Origin: an uncultured OCS116 cluster bacterium
GTDB taxonomy: Bacteria > Pseudomonadota > Alphaproteobacteria > Rhizobiales > TMED25
Direction: 5' to 3'
Length of the DNA stretch: 64,000 nucleotides
Assembly: GCA_902633855.1 (NCBI GenBank)
Contig: CACPHU010000007.1
Span: forward strand, 5,827 to 69,826
Position numbers and translations under genes: made by a program. Of the stretch, positions 39,724 through 49,771 are shown in pieces; position 1 is the first letter of the stretch, and each line of letters opens with the position of its first letter. The notes beneath the pieces are model-generated. The model saw only the letters and a program-made list of their open reading frames with translations, ran no database searches and was not told where the DNA came from.

Positions 39724-40233
39724 TTAAAATTCGGGGTTTGGCGCAGCCAGTGATTTCTTTGTAACCCTCATTGATCCCCAGTAAAATTCTAATCTATTTC
39801 CATCTGGATCAATGATATAAAATGAGTGAGATCCTGCGCCACCATAAAATTGAGCCTCATCTTCTGTGAAGAAACCTGACTCATACGCATGAACGCATGG
39901 CGGAACAACAAATTTAACATTATTTGATTTCATCGTTTCAATTGCGTTTAACCAATCTTGACGTTCTTTTATTTCAAAGGCTATATGATCTAAGCCAGTA
40001 TTTGGTCTCGTTGCTGTGTCCGTCTGGTCAATATTCTGGCGATTAACCTTCTCATCAACCTCGAAGAATACAATTTCGTGGTGCATATCATCTATTCTTA
40101 CAAAGCATTGCTTATTATCCTCCCAATAAGCAGTGAGCTTAAAACCTAAAATATTTTTATAAAAATCTAGTGATCGTTTTATGTCTGTAACACGAATACC
40201 AACATGTCCAATTCTGCTAATTCCAGTAATCAT
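39724..40233 (-). CDS. VOC (glyoxalase/extradiol dioxygenase) family protein, paralog 2
   Basis: 169 aa with IGHVGIRVTDIKRSLDFY, DHIAFEI, DPDGNRLEF and a C-terminal AAPNPEF. By eye roughly half of aligned residues are identical to 19714..20241. Confidence 0.8.
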   Translation of the reverse strand: MITGISRIGHVGIRVTDIKRSLDFYKNILGFKLTAYWEDNKQCFVRIDDMHHEIVFFEVDEKVNRQNIDQTDTATRPNTGLDHIAFEIKERQDWLNAIETMKSNNVKFVVPPCVHAYESGFFTEDEAQFYGGAGSHSFYIIDPDGNRLEFYWGSMRVTKKSLAAPNPEF

Positions 40234-40245
40234 ATATTACCCACT

Positions 40246-40530
40246 TTATACATCATTTAGCCAATGTTCATATATCTCAAGCTCTATCGTATCAGAATCT
40301 TTACCTGAATAATTATCCCAAACATCCATTTGCTTGAAGCGGCATCTGTATAGCGTTACTATTTTTGGATCTTTTTTGCACAAAGCAATCTCTTCTGGAT
40401 TAGGGTACCTACCACAAATTCTTTCAATAACACCCTTTTTTCCCCTTATATATGCGGGTGTCCTACAATGACCGGTTGAACTCCGGCTATCGACAGTTAT
40501 TTCATCATTTATTTTGAATTTTGTATCCAT
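40246..40530 (-). CDS. nitrile hydratase beta subunit, C-terminal domain only
   Basis: 94 aa from ATG 40530, 4 nt after the upstream stop. FKINDEITV..GHCRTPAYIRGKKGVIE..LYRCRF..DVWD..IELEIYEHWL matches the C-terminal barrel of NHase beta (GH.R.P.Y.RGK.G motif). Confidence 0.8.
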   Translation of the reverse strand: MDTKFKINDEITVDSRSSTGHCRTPAYIRGKKGVIERICGRYPNPEEIALCKKDPKIVTLYRCRFKQMDVWDNYSGKDSDTIELEIYEHWLNDV

Positions 40531-40534
40531 AGCT

Positions 40535-41518
40535 TTACTTCGGTAATCTAACTCCAACAAGATAATCTCGAGCCACAAGTTTTGATAATTCAATTTCGGA
40601 TAAGCCTTCAGTATTTGACGGCCTCGGTGGTAAAATTAAATATCTCATATCAGCGTTTGAGTCATGAACCTTTATTTCTTTGCTTTCGGGTACAATTGTA
40701 CCAAATTCTGCCAATACCTCACGTGGCTCGTGCACAACCCTAGATCGGTAACTTCTTGATTTATACCAAGAAGGTGGCATACCGAGTAAAGTACGCGGGT
40801 AGCAAGAGCATAATGTGCAGACAACGATGTGGTGAACAGTATCTGTTTGGGGCATGCATATAATATCAGCAAAAGTCTCAAGTTCTATACCAATATCAGA
40901 TATTGCTTTTTTTGCATCCTTTACGAGCGCTTCTTTAAATAAGTTGTCATGCCATGCTTTAGCTACAACAGCTTTCCCTCTATTTGGAAAAACATTATCA
41001 AACTGCTCAATTTTTAGAGTAATATCATCATTTGTAATTAACCCTTGATCAATGAATATTTGCGCAATCGCAAGTGTATCAAAATAGTAATCAGGTGGTC
41101 CATCGCCACTTTCATCTTCTTGAAAATCTGACATATTATGTAAATGTGGTTTGCCATCATGTATGTGATTGATACTAGCCACATCTGGCAGGTCCACAAT
41201 TGGCACATCAAATTCAGAAATTTTTTTTGATTTTATTTTCTGAAAAAGCTCTGTATCATAAATTCCCTTCTGGATGCAGATATTGTGAAGTGATAAACAG
41301 TTCCTCTCAAAATATCCAATCTCAAAATATTGGTCACCGAGCGCTTCAGTGTGGTATCTAAGCTCATCCAGCGTAATGATACGTTTTGAGGAAACCACAA
41401 TGCGAAGAGCATTTGCGTATTTTTCCCAGTGCGTCATATTATTATCAGTGGTGTCAATTGGCAGTGACTCTTCTCCGCCAACGTCATGGGGTCCCATTTT
41501 TAAGTAATTTTTATCCAT
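40535..41518 (-). CDS. fusion protein: nitrile hydratase beta N-terminal domain + complete cobalt-type alpha subunit
   Basis: 327 aa. Residues 1-100 (MGPHDVGG, WEKYANAL, DELRYHTE, YFERNC..) resemble the beta N-terminal domain. Residues about 140-327 resemble alpha (GKAVVAKAW, VVCTLCSCYPRTLLGMPPSWYKSRSYRSRVV, RYLILPPRP). CTLCSC is at 40802..40819. Confidence 0.82.
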   Translation of the reverse strand: MDKNYLKMGPHDVGGEESLPIDTTDNNMTHWEKYANALRIVVSSKRIITLDELRYHTEALGDQYFEIGYFERNCLSLHNICIQKGIYDTELFQKIKSKKISEFDVPIVDLPDVASINHIHDGKPHLHNMSDFQEDESGDGPPDYYFDTLAIAQIFIDQGLITNDDITLKIEQFDNVFPNRGKAVVAKAWHDNLFKEALVKDAKKAISDIGIELETFADIICMPQTDTVHHIVVCTLCSCYPRTLLGMPPSWYKSRSYRSRVVHEPREVLAEFGTIVPESKEIKVHDSNADMRYLILPPRPSNTEGLSEIELSKLVARDYLVGVRLPK

Positions 41519-41622
41519 ATCAATTATTAGCGTCTGTAAAACTTATATTTTAAAGCAAAAAGCTTGACTTTACACAATATAATTTTTAATTCTATTATAT
41601 AACATATTTTCAGGAGTAATGA

Positions 41623-43755
<2,133 letters not shown>

Positions 43756-43784
43756 TATCCATAATATTTAATACGGATAGGTAT

Positions 43785-45026
43785 ATGAGTATCTTTGATC
43801 AAGATCTCACAGAAGATCAAATAATGATGCGCGATGTTTGTCGTCGTTTTGTAGATAATACTATAATTCCTTTCATATCAAAAAATTGGAAAACAGAGTG
43901 GGATTTAACTCCTGAGTCTAGGTTACCCAATTCCATACTTGAAGATGCAGATAAAATCGGTATTAGAACATTGGCGGTACCAGAAGAATACGGGGGTATG
44001 CCAATTGATACTGAGCATGAGGTTAGAACCTTTGCAATCATATCAGAAGAGATCGCACGAGGTGATTCAGGTCTTGCAGATAAATTAGTTCAAAATTGGA
44101 AAGTTTCAGTATTACTAAGGGAGCTCGCATCAAAAGATCACCAAGATATGTGGTTTGGTAAATTAATGGAGGATCCCAATTTTTTGTTCGCTCATGCCTT
44201 AACTGAACCCAAAGGAGCATCTGATCGCTGGTTAGGCTATAACGCGCCTGAAGCCGCTATGGATACAAAAGCCAAAAAAGTTGATGGCGGATGGCTTATA
44301 AATGGTCGGAAGCATTATATAAGCAATGGTTATGATGCAGGACTTTACGTTGTTTATGCAAACACTTCTCCTGGCAAAGGTATGATGGAGGGTACATCAT
44401 CTTTTATAGTTCCACGGGGAACAGATGGTTTTAATATAACAAGATGTAATGAAACTGTGGGATGTAGGTATATGAATAATGGTGAGCTTGAGTTTATTGA
44501 TTGCTTTGTACCAGATAATAATTTGCTCTATGAAGGGACGGCTCTGAGTAAAGCTGGTGTGTATTTCAGGCCAGGGAAAATAATTCAGTCTGCAAAAAAT
44601 CTTGGAGTTGGGCAGGCAGCATTGGATAAAACGGCTGAGTTTGTGCAAAACTATAGCAGAGGTGGCAAGCTCCTTATTAAACACCAAATTGTAGCTTCAA
44701 GGCTTGCAGATATGGCAACAAAGGTATCCGCAGTAAGAAGTTTAGTCATGCAAGCGGCATATGCTTGTGATATGAAGACAAACGATGCTGATGCCTTATG
44801 CTGGCAGTCAAAAGTATTTGCTTCTCAGCAAATATTGGATGTTTGTCAAAATGCGATGGAGCTACATGGCGGAATGGGGGCAATGCTTGATGCAGGTGTT
44901 GAAAAGCTAATGAGGGATGCAAGCATATTTTTGCACATGGATGCCACAGTCGATATTTCACATTTTAAGATTGTAAAAGCGCTTTGGCCAGAAACAGCAG
45001 GCGTCTACGCAGGCTCTGAAGAGTAG
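43785..45026 (+). CDS. acyl-CoA dehydrogenase family protein, divergent (Asp where the catalytic Glu normally sits)
   Basis: 413 aa with an ACAD three-domain layout (ALTEPKGASD, WLINGRKHYISNG). The C-terminal segment reads FLHMDATVDIS instead of ..YEGT.EIQ. Confidence 0.7.
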   Translation: MSIFDQDLTEDQIMMRDVCRRFVDNTIIPFISKNWKTEWDLTPESRLPNSILEDADKIGIRTLAVPEEYGGMPIDTEHEVRTFAIISEEIARGDSGLADKLVQNWKVSVLLRELASKDHQDMWFGKLMEDPNFLFAHALTEPKGASDRWLGYNAPEAAMDTKAKKVDGGWLINGRKHYISNGYDAGLYVVYANTSPGKGMMEGTSSFIVPRGTDGFNITRCNETVGCRYMNNGELEFIDCFVPDNNLLYEGTALSKAGVYFRPGKIIQSAKNLGVGQAALDKTAEFVQNYSRGGKLLIKHQIVASRLADMATKVSAVRSLVMQAAYACDMKTNDADALCWQSKVFASQQILDVCQNAMELHGGMGAMLDAGVEKLMRDASIFLHMDATVDISHFKIVKALWPETAGVYAGSEE

Positions 45027-45193
45027 TCCTCATATTGGTTTCTATAAGTGCATTTGTTAAATACCACATACTCGAAAAGACTTTCTTTGCATTCATAATG
45101 AGGTGGTGTAGGCAAATTACTGTTACGGGAGATATATGTGCCAATGATTAAAACCAGAAGTAAAATCAGTATCAGCCAAGATGTTTTAGTCAT
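45005..45193 (-). CDS. hypothetical small membrane-anchored protein
   Basis: MTKTSWLILILLLVLIIGTYI TM followed by a Cys-containing tail. No clear RBS. Overlaps the ACAD 3' end by 22 nt. Confidence 0.3.
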   Translation of the reverse strand: MTKTSWLILILLLVLIIGTYISRNSNLPTPPHYECKESLFEYVVFNKCTYRNQYEDYSSEPA

Positions 45194-45217
45194 ACATAAT
45201 AAATTGGTAGGAATTTC

Positions 45218-45508
45218 ATGATCAGTCAACTCTTAAAATTATTTGGTGTTAATAATACCACAAAATTAGCTCTAGTTTTTTTGGTATTCTCATTAAGTGG
45301 TATAATTGCACTTTATGCCTCTAATATACTCACAACCTTTTTGTTAAAGTTTATAGATAATAATATTTTGATATTAATCTTAAGAGTCGTGAGTATTTTT
45401 ATTTTATACCAGGTAATCATTATAATAACAGCAATACCATTTGGACAGTTTTCATATTTTATAAGTTATCAAAGAAGATTCATAAAAAAGATTAAATTAT
45501 TGTTTTAA
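45218..45508 (+). CDS. hypothetical membrane protein
   Basis: 96 aa with 2-3 predicted TM helices and GGTAGGA upstream. Confidence 0.45.
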   Translation: MISQLLKLFGVNNTTKLALVFLVFSLSGIIALYASNILTTFLLKFIDNNILILILRVVSIFILYQVIIIITAIPFGQFSYFISYQRRFIKKIKLLF

Positions 45509-45633
45509 AATATAAAAATTGATTTCCTTTCTATTATAAATACAAACCCTTAATTTCATAATTATCATTTTTTTATAATTGGCGTATAACATTAATATTG
45601 TTAATATACCTTATGTTGATGGGCTGTAATGCT

Positions 45634-46998
45634 ATGAATAAAATATTGATAAAAAATGCACACCTGATTTCTATGGATGAGAATATCAGTGATCTATTGG
45701 ATACTGATATACTTATTAATGATGGGGCAATTGAGCGAGTAGAGCCTTCAATTAGCACGGAAGCAGAAATAATAGATGCAAAAAATTACCTTATTTGCCC
45801 TGGGTTTATTAATGGGCATATTCATACATGGCAAACAGGTTTGAGAGGGATTGCAACCGACTGGACCTTATCCGATTATTTGGCTTCTATTCATGCTGGT
45901 TTAGCTTCACTATATCAACCAGATGACATGTATATTGGAAATTACATTGGTGCCCTCTATCAGGTTAATACTGGTTCAACGACAATTGTAGATTGGTGTC
46001 ACAATAACCCAACTCCAGATCATACAAATGCTGCAATAAATGGTCTGATTGACTCAAAAGTGAGGGCAATTTTCCTGCATGGATCTCCAAAACACAAACC
46101 AAAAGAAGGAATGCCTCATTATAGTGAGATACCTCATCCTCGAGATGAAATCATCCGACTTAAGAAGGATTATTTTTCAGATGAGGATATGCTAACACTC
46201 GGCATGGCTGTTCTAGGCCCTCAACAGTCAACACTCGAAGTTTGTAAATCTGATTTCATGTTGGCTCGGGATCTTGATTTAATAATTAGTATGCATGTTG
46301 GTGGTAATTTTCTCACGCCACATGGATTTAGCGAACTAAAAAATGAAAATCTATTGAACAAGAATACAAATGTTGTACATGCAAATAATATACCGAACGA
46401 AATGTTGGACTTGCTTGTTGACTCCTCTTGTACATTTTCAATAACCCCTGAGGAAGAATTGCAGATGGGGTTTGGCAATCCGCTCACCAAGAGATTAATG
46501 GAAAGAGGTGGCACTTTTAATTTCGGTTCTGATATCGAATCGGCAATGGCGGCGGATATGCATAACGTAATTAGATTTGCGCTTCAGGCTGTCAGGCATG
46601 AATTTACACTCGAAAATTACGAGAGAAATCATTCACCCCCAAGCACAATGTGCGTAACAACGAGGCAAGCACTTGAATGGGCAACAATTGGCGCTGCAAA
46701 GTCATTTGGAATAGATGATAAAGTTGGCTCGATTACCCCTGGGAAGAAAGCTGATTTAATTATGTTCAAAAAAAATAAAATAAATTTCGTTCCTATGCAC
46801 GACCCCATTTCATCCATTGTGTTCCATTCAAACTCGAATGATGTTGATACTGTGATTATTAATGGAGTAATTTTGAAGCGCGATGGGCAGTTGATCTCAA
46901 AAGATCTTGATACAAAGCTCGAAACACTTGCCGCCAGCGGTCATAGAATCATGCATCAATATAGGGAAATGCAAGCTATGGAAAAAAAAGAAGGATGA
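45634..46998 (+). CDS. TRZ/ATZ-type amidohydrolase (MtaD/guanine-deaminase/chlorohydrolase-like)
   Basis: MNKILIKNAHLISMDE.. and CPGFINGHIHTWQTGLRG (HxH metal site). C-terminal GSITPGKKADLI. The start at ATG 45634 is preferred over 45598. Confidence 0.78.
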   Translation: MNKILIKNAHLISMDENISDLLDTDILINDGAIERVEPSISTEAEIIDAKNYLICPGFINGHIHTWQTGLRGIATDWTLSDYLASIHAGLASLYQPDDMYIGNYIGALYQVNTGSTTIVDWCHNNPTPDHTNAAINGLIDSKVRAIFLHGSPKHKPKEGMPHYSEIPHPRDEIIRLKKDYFSDEDMLTLGMAVLGPQQSTLEVCKSDFMLARDLDLIISMHVGGNFLTPHGFSELKNENLLNKNTNVVHANNIPNEMLDLLVDSSCTFSITPEEELQMGFGNPLTKRLMERGGTFNFGSDIESAMAADMHNVIRFALQAVRHEFTLENYERNHSPPSTMCVTTRQALEWATIGAAKSFGIDDKVGSITPGKKADLIMFKKNKINFVPMHDPISSIVFHSNSNDVDTVIINGVILKRDGQLISKDLDTKLETLAASGHRIMHQYREMQAMEKKEG

Positions 46999-47345
46999 AA
47001 AAAATTTATATATATGGTCTGGTTGTATTCATTTTTCTAGTACTTTGCGTAACTAATCCATCAAAAAGTGATTTTGACCAGTATCTTTTAAGTTATATAC
47101 GAGATTACGTTCTGCAAATCAGCGAAGATAATGATACAGCGAATCTAGCATCCGGTATTTCATTTATTATTTTGCAATCAAATAATAATATTATTAAACA
47201 TGATAATTATATGATTTTTTCAAGATTTAGGTTAGATGCATCTGTTATTAGAACCTTTGGCTACAATGCTGACGATATAATCATAATAGGGGTATTCAAT
47301 AAATTCATCCCAATATATGGCATCAATCAAAATATTATGCAATAG
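46995..47345 (+). CDS. small membrane-anchored protein (DUF4359-like by pattern)
   Basis: 116 aa with an N-terminal TM, NPSKSDFDQYL and ..NYMIFSRF....IGVFNKF pattern. The family assignment is from memory only. Confidence 0.4.
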   Translation: MKKIYIYGLVVFIFLVLCVTNPSKSDFDQYLLSYIRDYVLQISEDNDTANLASGISFIILQSNNNIIKHDNYMIFSRFRLDASVIRTFGYNADDIIIIGVFNKFIPIYGINQNIMQ

Positions 47346-48051
47346 CGACAGAGCCACCCCAAAAATAGTAACCAAGACCCATAAAAAATAATGAATTCCC
47401 ATATAAAGAATGCTCAAACGTGACAAGAGCGAGTGAATTTGTTTTTTTATATGTATTTGCAAATATTAGCCCACCAAATAAAGATAAAAATGGTGCAATA
47501 AAATTAATAAAAAGGACATGAGCGTATGTAAATATTATTGCACTCGTCAAGATTTGAAGTTTTTCAGGTATTATGTCTGCATATCTGCTAAAAAAGAAGG
47601 TGGTGAATATAAATTCTTGTGGCAGCGCCGATAGGATTGGATAAACAAAAAAGATAACAATCAAAAAATAGGGATTCTGCTTTTGTATTGTAAATAATTT
47701 ATCATTATAAAAATAAAAAGTTATCAAGTAGATCGCAATTGTTAGCAACAACCATCTTATTAGTATGATATTGATATTTTTCTTCGTGAAGGCATGAAAA
47801 TTTAGTATTTCTTTGAGTTTAGCTCTGTTGTGATATTTAATATAAATAGAGCCTCCATATATAGTGATAATCCATAAAATCAAGATTACATTTTCTGCTA
47901 AACGATTTACTAGAATAAGAGTTGGTATAAGCAAGCCAATTATTAGCAATTCTAATAGCTTGTATTTTCTATTTAATAAGATTTTCTTCATTTTTTTACT
48001 TAATAAATGTTTTATTAAATATTGTTCTATAAAATTATAATTTATATTCAA
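47335..48051 (-). CDS. CPBP-family (CAAX/Abi) intramembrane protease-like protein
   Basis: 238 aa, polytopic. Motif-like elements PQEFIFTTFFFSRY, FTYAHV and FEHSLYGN are in the expected order. Confidence 0.55.
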   Translation of the reverse strand: MNINYNFIEQYLIKHLLSKKMKKILLNRKYKLLELLIIGLLIPTLILVNRLAENVILILWIITIYGGSIYIKYHNRAKLKEILNFHAFTKKNINIILIRWLLLTIAIYLITFYFYNDKLFTIQKQNPYFLIVIFFVYPILSALPQEFIFTTFFFSRYADIIPEKLQILTSAIIFTYAHVLFINFIAPFLSLFGGLIFANTYKKTNSLALVTFEHSLYGNSLFFMGLGYYFWGGSVAIA

Positions 48052-48084
48052 GAAATATCTGTTAATTTCATTATTTAGTCACAT

Positions 48085-49140
48085 ATGAAAATATCAAAAA
48101 AAATACTGACACTCCTTTTATATGTATTCTTAATCATTAACTACAATTCCACAGAAGCCACCTCCAGCGTTTATATAGAAGATCTTGAAAAATCTATTGA
48201 TTTATATTCAAACGAAGAGTACGAACTCTCGATTTCAATCTTAGATGATTTGATAAAGTCTGGTGGTCTTGATGATGTTCTTCTGACACGCTCATTTTTC
48301 TACAGAGGACTCTCAAATTATGAGTCTAATAACTATATTGCTGCAATAACAGATATTACAAATTCTCTGTGGCTAGATCTTCTCACCGATGATGAAAAGA
48401 TCATAGCGTTGGAAACCAGGTCGTTGGCGCGTTCTAAAATTGGACAAGAAGATCTTGCAATAAAAGATGCAAATTCCATAGAGACATTGTCAAAAATTGA
48501 TGAAATTGAAGAAAAATTAGATGCTAAAAATATCGAGGATATTGCTGTTGAGGATAAAATAAATAATATTAAAGATAGGTTTTCTTTAAATGTTGATAAC
48601 TTTTTTGGTAGAGAAGAGATAGAGGTTCCCGATATTCCTGATAATAATTATGTTTTAAGAGATACTAATTTGTATAACAATATTCTAAACTTTGACTCTG
48701 AAGATGCCTCTGGTATGAGCGAAGACACCAAAGCGAGAGATATTGCTGACTTAAGTATTGCGCAGACCACTGACCTCAGTGAAGAACAAGAAATTAGTGA
48801 GCTTCAGCAAGAGGACGCAGGGAGTATTGAAATTATCCAAAACGAGAATGCAGAAATAAAAGAAAATGTCGATAGAATATATAATGAACAAGTTAATTAC
48901 ATTCTTATCAGCAAAGGTCTAGACTTATCCTCTGCTAAAGTTAAGATAAATAGAGTAGTTAATGATAATTTTAGAGCTCTGAGTGGAATTAGACCTCAGT
49001 TGATTGAAAAAATTCAAAATGATGGTTCAAAAGTATTTGATGTTATTATTGGACCTTTTGCAAACAAATCGAGGATGGATAAAATAGCTGAAAGTTTAAT
49101 AAAGAATAATTATTCCTTTACTCGTGAAAGCGTGAAGTAA
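48085..49140 (+). CDS. secreted TPR-like / SPOR-domain protein
   Basis: Signal peptide, a TPR-like segment, an acidic low-complexity middle, and a C-terminal SPOR-like fold (FDVIIGPFANKSRMDKIAESLIKNNYSF). Confidence 0.55.
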   Translation: MKISKKILTLLLYVFLIINYNSTEATSSVYIEDLEKSIDLYSNEEYELSISILDDLIKSGGLDDVLLTRSFFYRGLSNYESNNYIAAITDITNSLWLDLLTDDEKIIALETRSLARSKIGQEDLAIKDANSIETLSKIDEIEEKLDAKNIEDIAVEDKINNIKDRFSLNVDNFFGREEIEVPDIPDNNYVLRDTNLYNNILNFDSEDASGMSEDTKARDIADLSIAQTTDLSEEQEISELQQEDAGSIEIIQNENAEIKENVDRIYNEQVNYILISKGLDLSSAKVKINRVVNDNFRALSGIRPQLIEKIQNDGSKVFDVIIGPFANKSRMDKIAESLIKNNYSFTRESVK

Positions 49141-49155
49141 GGTAGGTTGTAGATA

Positions 49156-49767
49156 ATGGTAAAGAAAATTCGTTCATATTTTTTAACTGGCCTTGTGGTG
49201 TCTGCTCCTGTTGCTATTACTCTTGCTGTCGGGTGGTGGTTTATAAACAAAATTGATGCAATTTTTACGCCTTTAATACCGGATAAATTTTTACCTGAAA
49301 ATCTTTTGCCATACTCAATTCCAGGGGTTGGGCTTATTATCGGCTTCATACTTCTAACTTTTTTTGGTTTCCTTGCGGCTAATTTTCTTGGTACAGGCTT
49401 TTTAAGATTTGGCGAGTCGTTGCTAAATAAAACACCTGTTTTGAGAAGTATATATAAAGGTTTAAAGCAAATTTTTGAGACAGTTTTTTCTGAAGATGGA
49501 AGAAATTTTTCAAAGGCCGCTGTTATTGAATACCCCAGAAAAGGTGTTCATTCCGTTTGCTTTGTATCTACGGATACAAAAGGTGAGTTGCTAAAAAAAA
49601 TATCAAAAGATAACGAGGTGTATTTGTCAGTTTTTTTACCAACAACTCCGAATCCAACATCAGGTTTTTTATTATTCTTACCAGAAAAGGATGTCAAGAT
49701 TCTTGATATGTCAGTTGAGGATGCTGCAAAATTAATTATATCAGCCGGTCTAGTTAATCCTGATTGA
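49156..49767 (+). CDS. DUF502 membrane protein
   Basis: LTGLVVSAPVAITLAVGWWFINKIDAIF is a typical DUF502 N-terminus. 203 aa. Confidence 0.7.
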   Translation: MVKKIRSYFLTGLVVSAPVAITLAVGWWFINKIDAIFTPLIPDKFLPENLLPYSIPGVGLIIGFILLTFFGFLAANFLGTGFLRFGESLLNKTPVLRSIYKGLKQIFETVFSEDGRNFSKAAVIEYPRKGVHSVCFVSTDTKGELLKKISKDNEVYLSVFLPTTPNPTSGFLLFLPEKDVKILDMSVEDAAKLIISAGLVNPD

Positions 49768-49771
49768 TCAC

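Noticed and set aside
40531-40593. 5' extension of the NHase betaC ORF (MNYQNLWLEIILLELDYRSKA) overlapping the end of the fusion gene.
   Set aside because: The extension lies inside the upstream gene's conserved alpha C-terminus and has no homology to beta subunits. ATG 40530, 4 nt after the upstream stop, fits better.
41519-41622. OxyR/PerR-type control region or strong sigma-70 promoter between the NHase operon and katG.
   Set aside because: A TTGACT hexamer is present, but no -10 element sits at a workable spacing, no regulator gene is nearby, and I recognise no operator motif.
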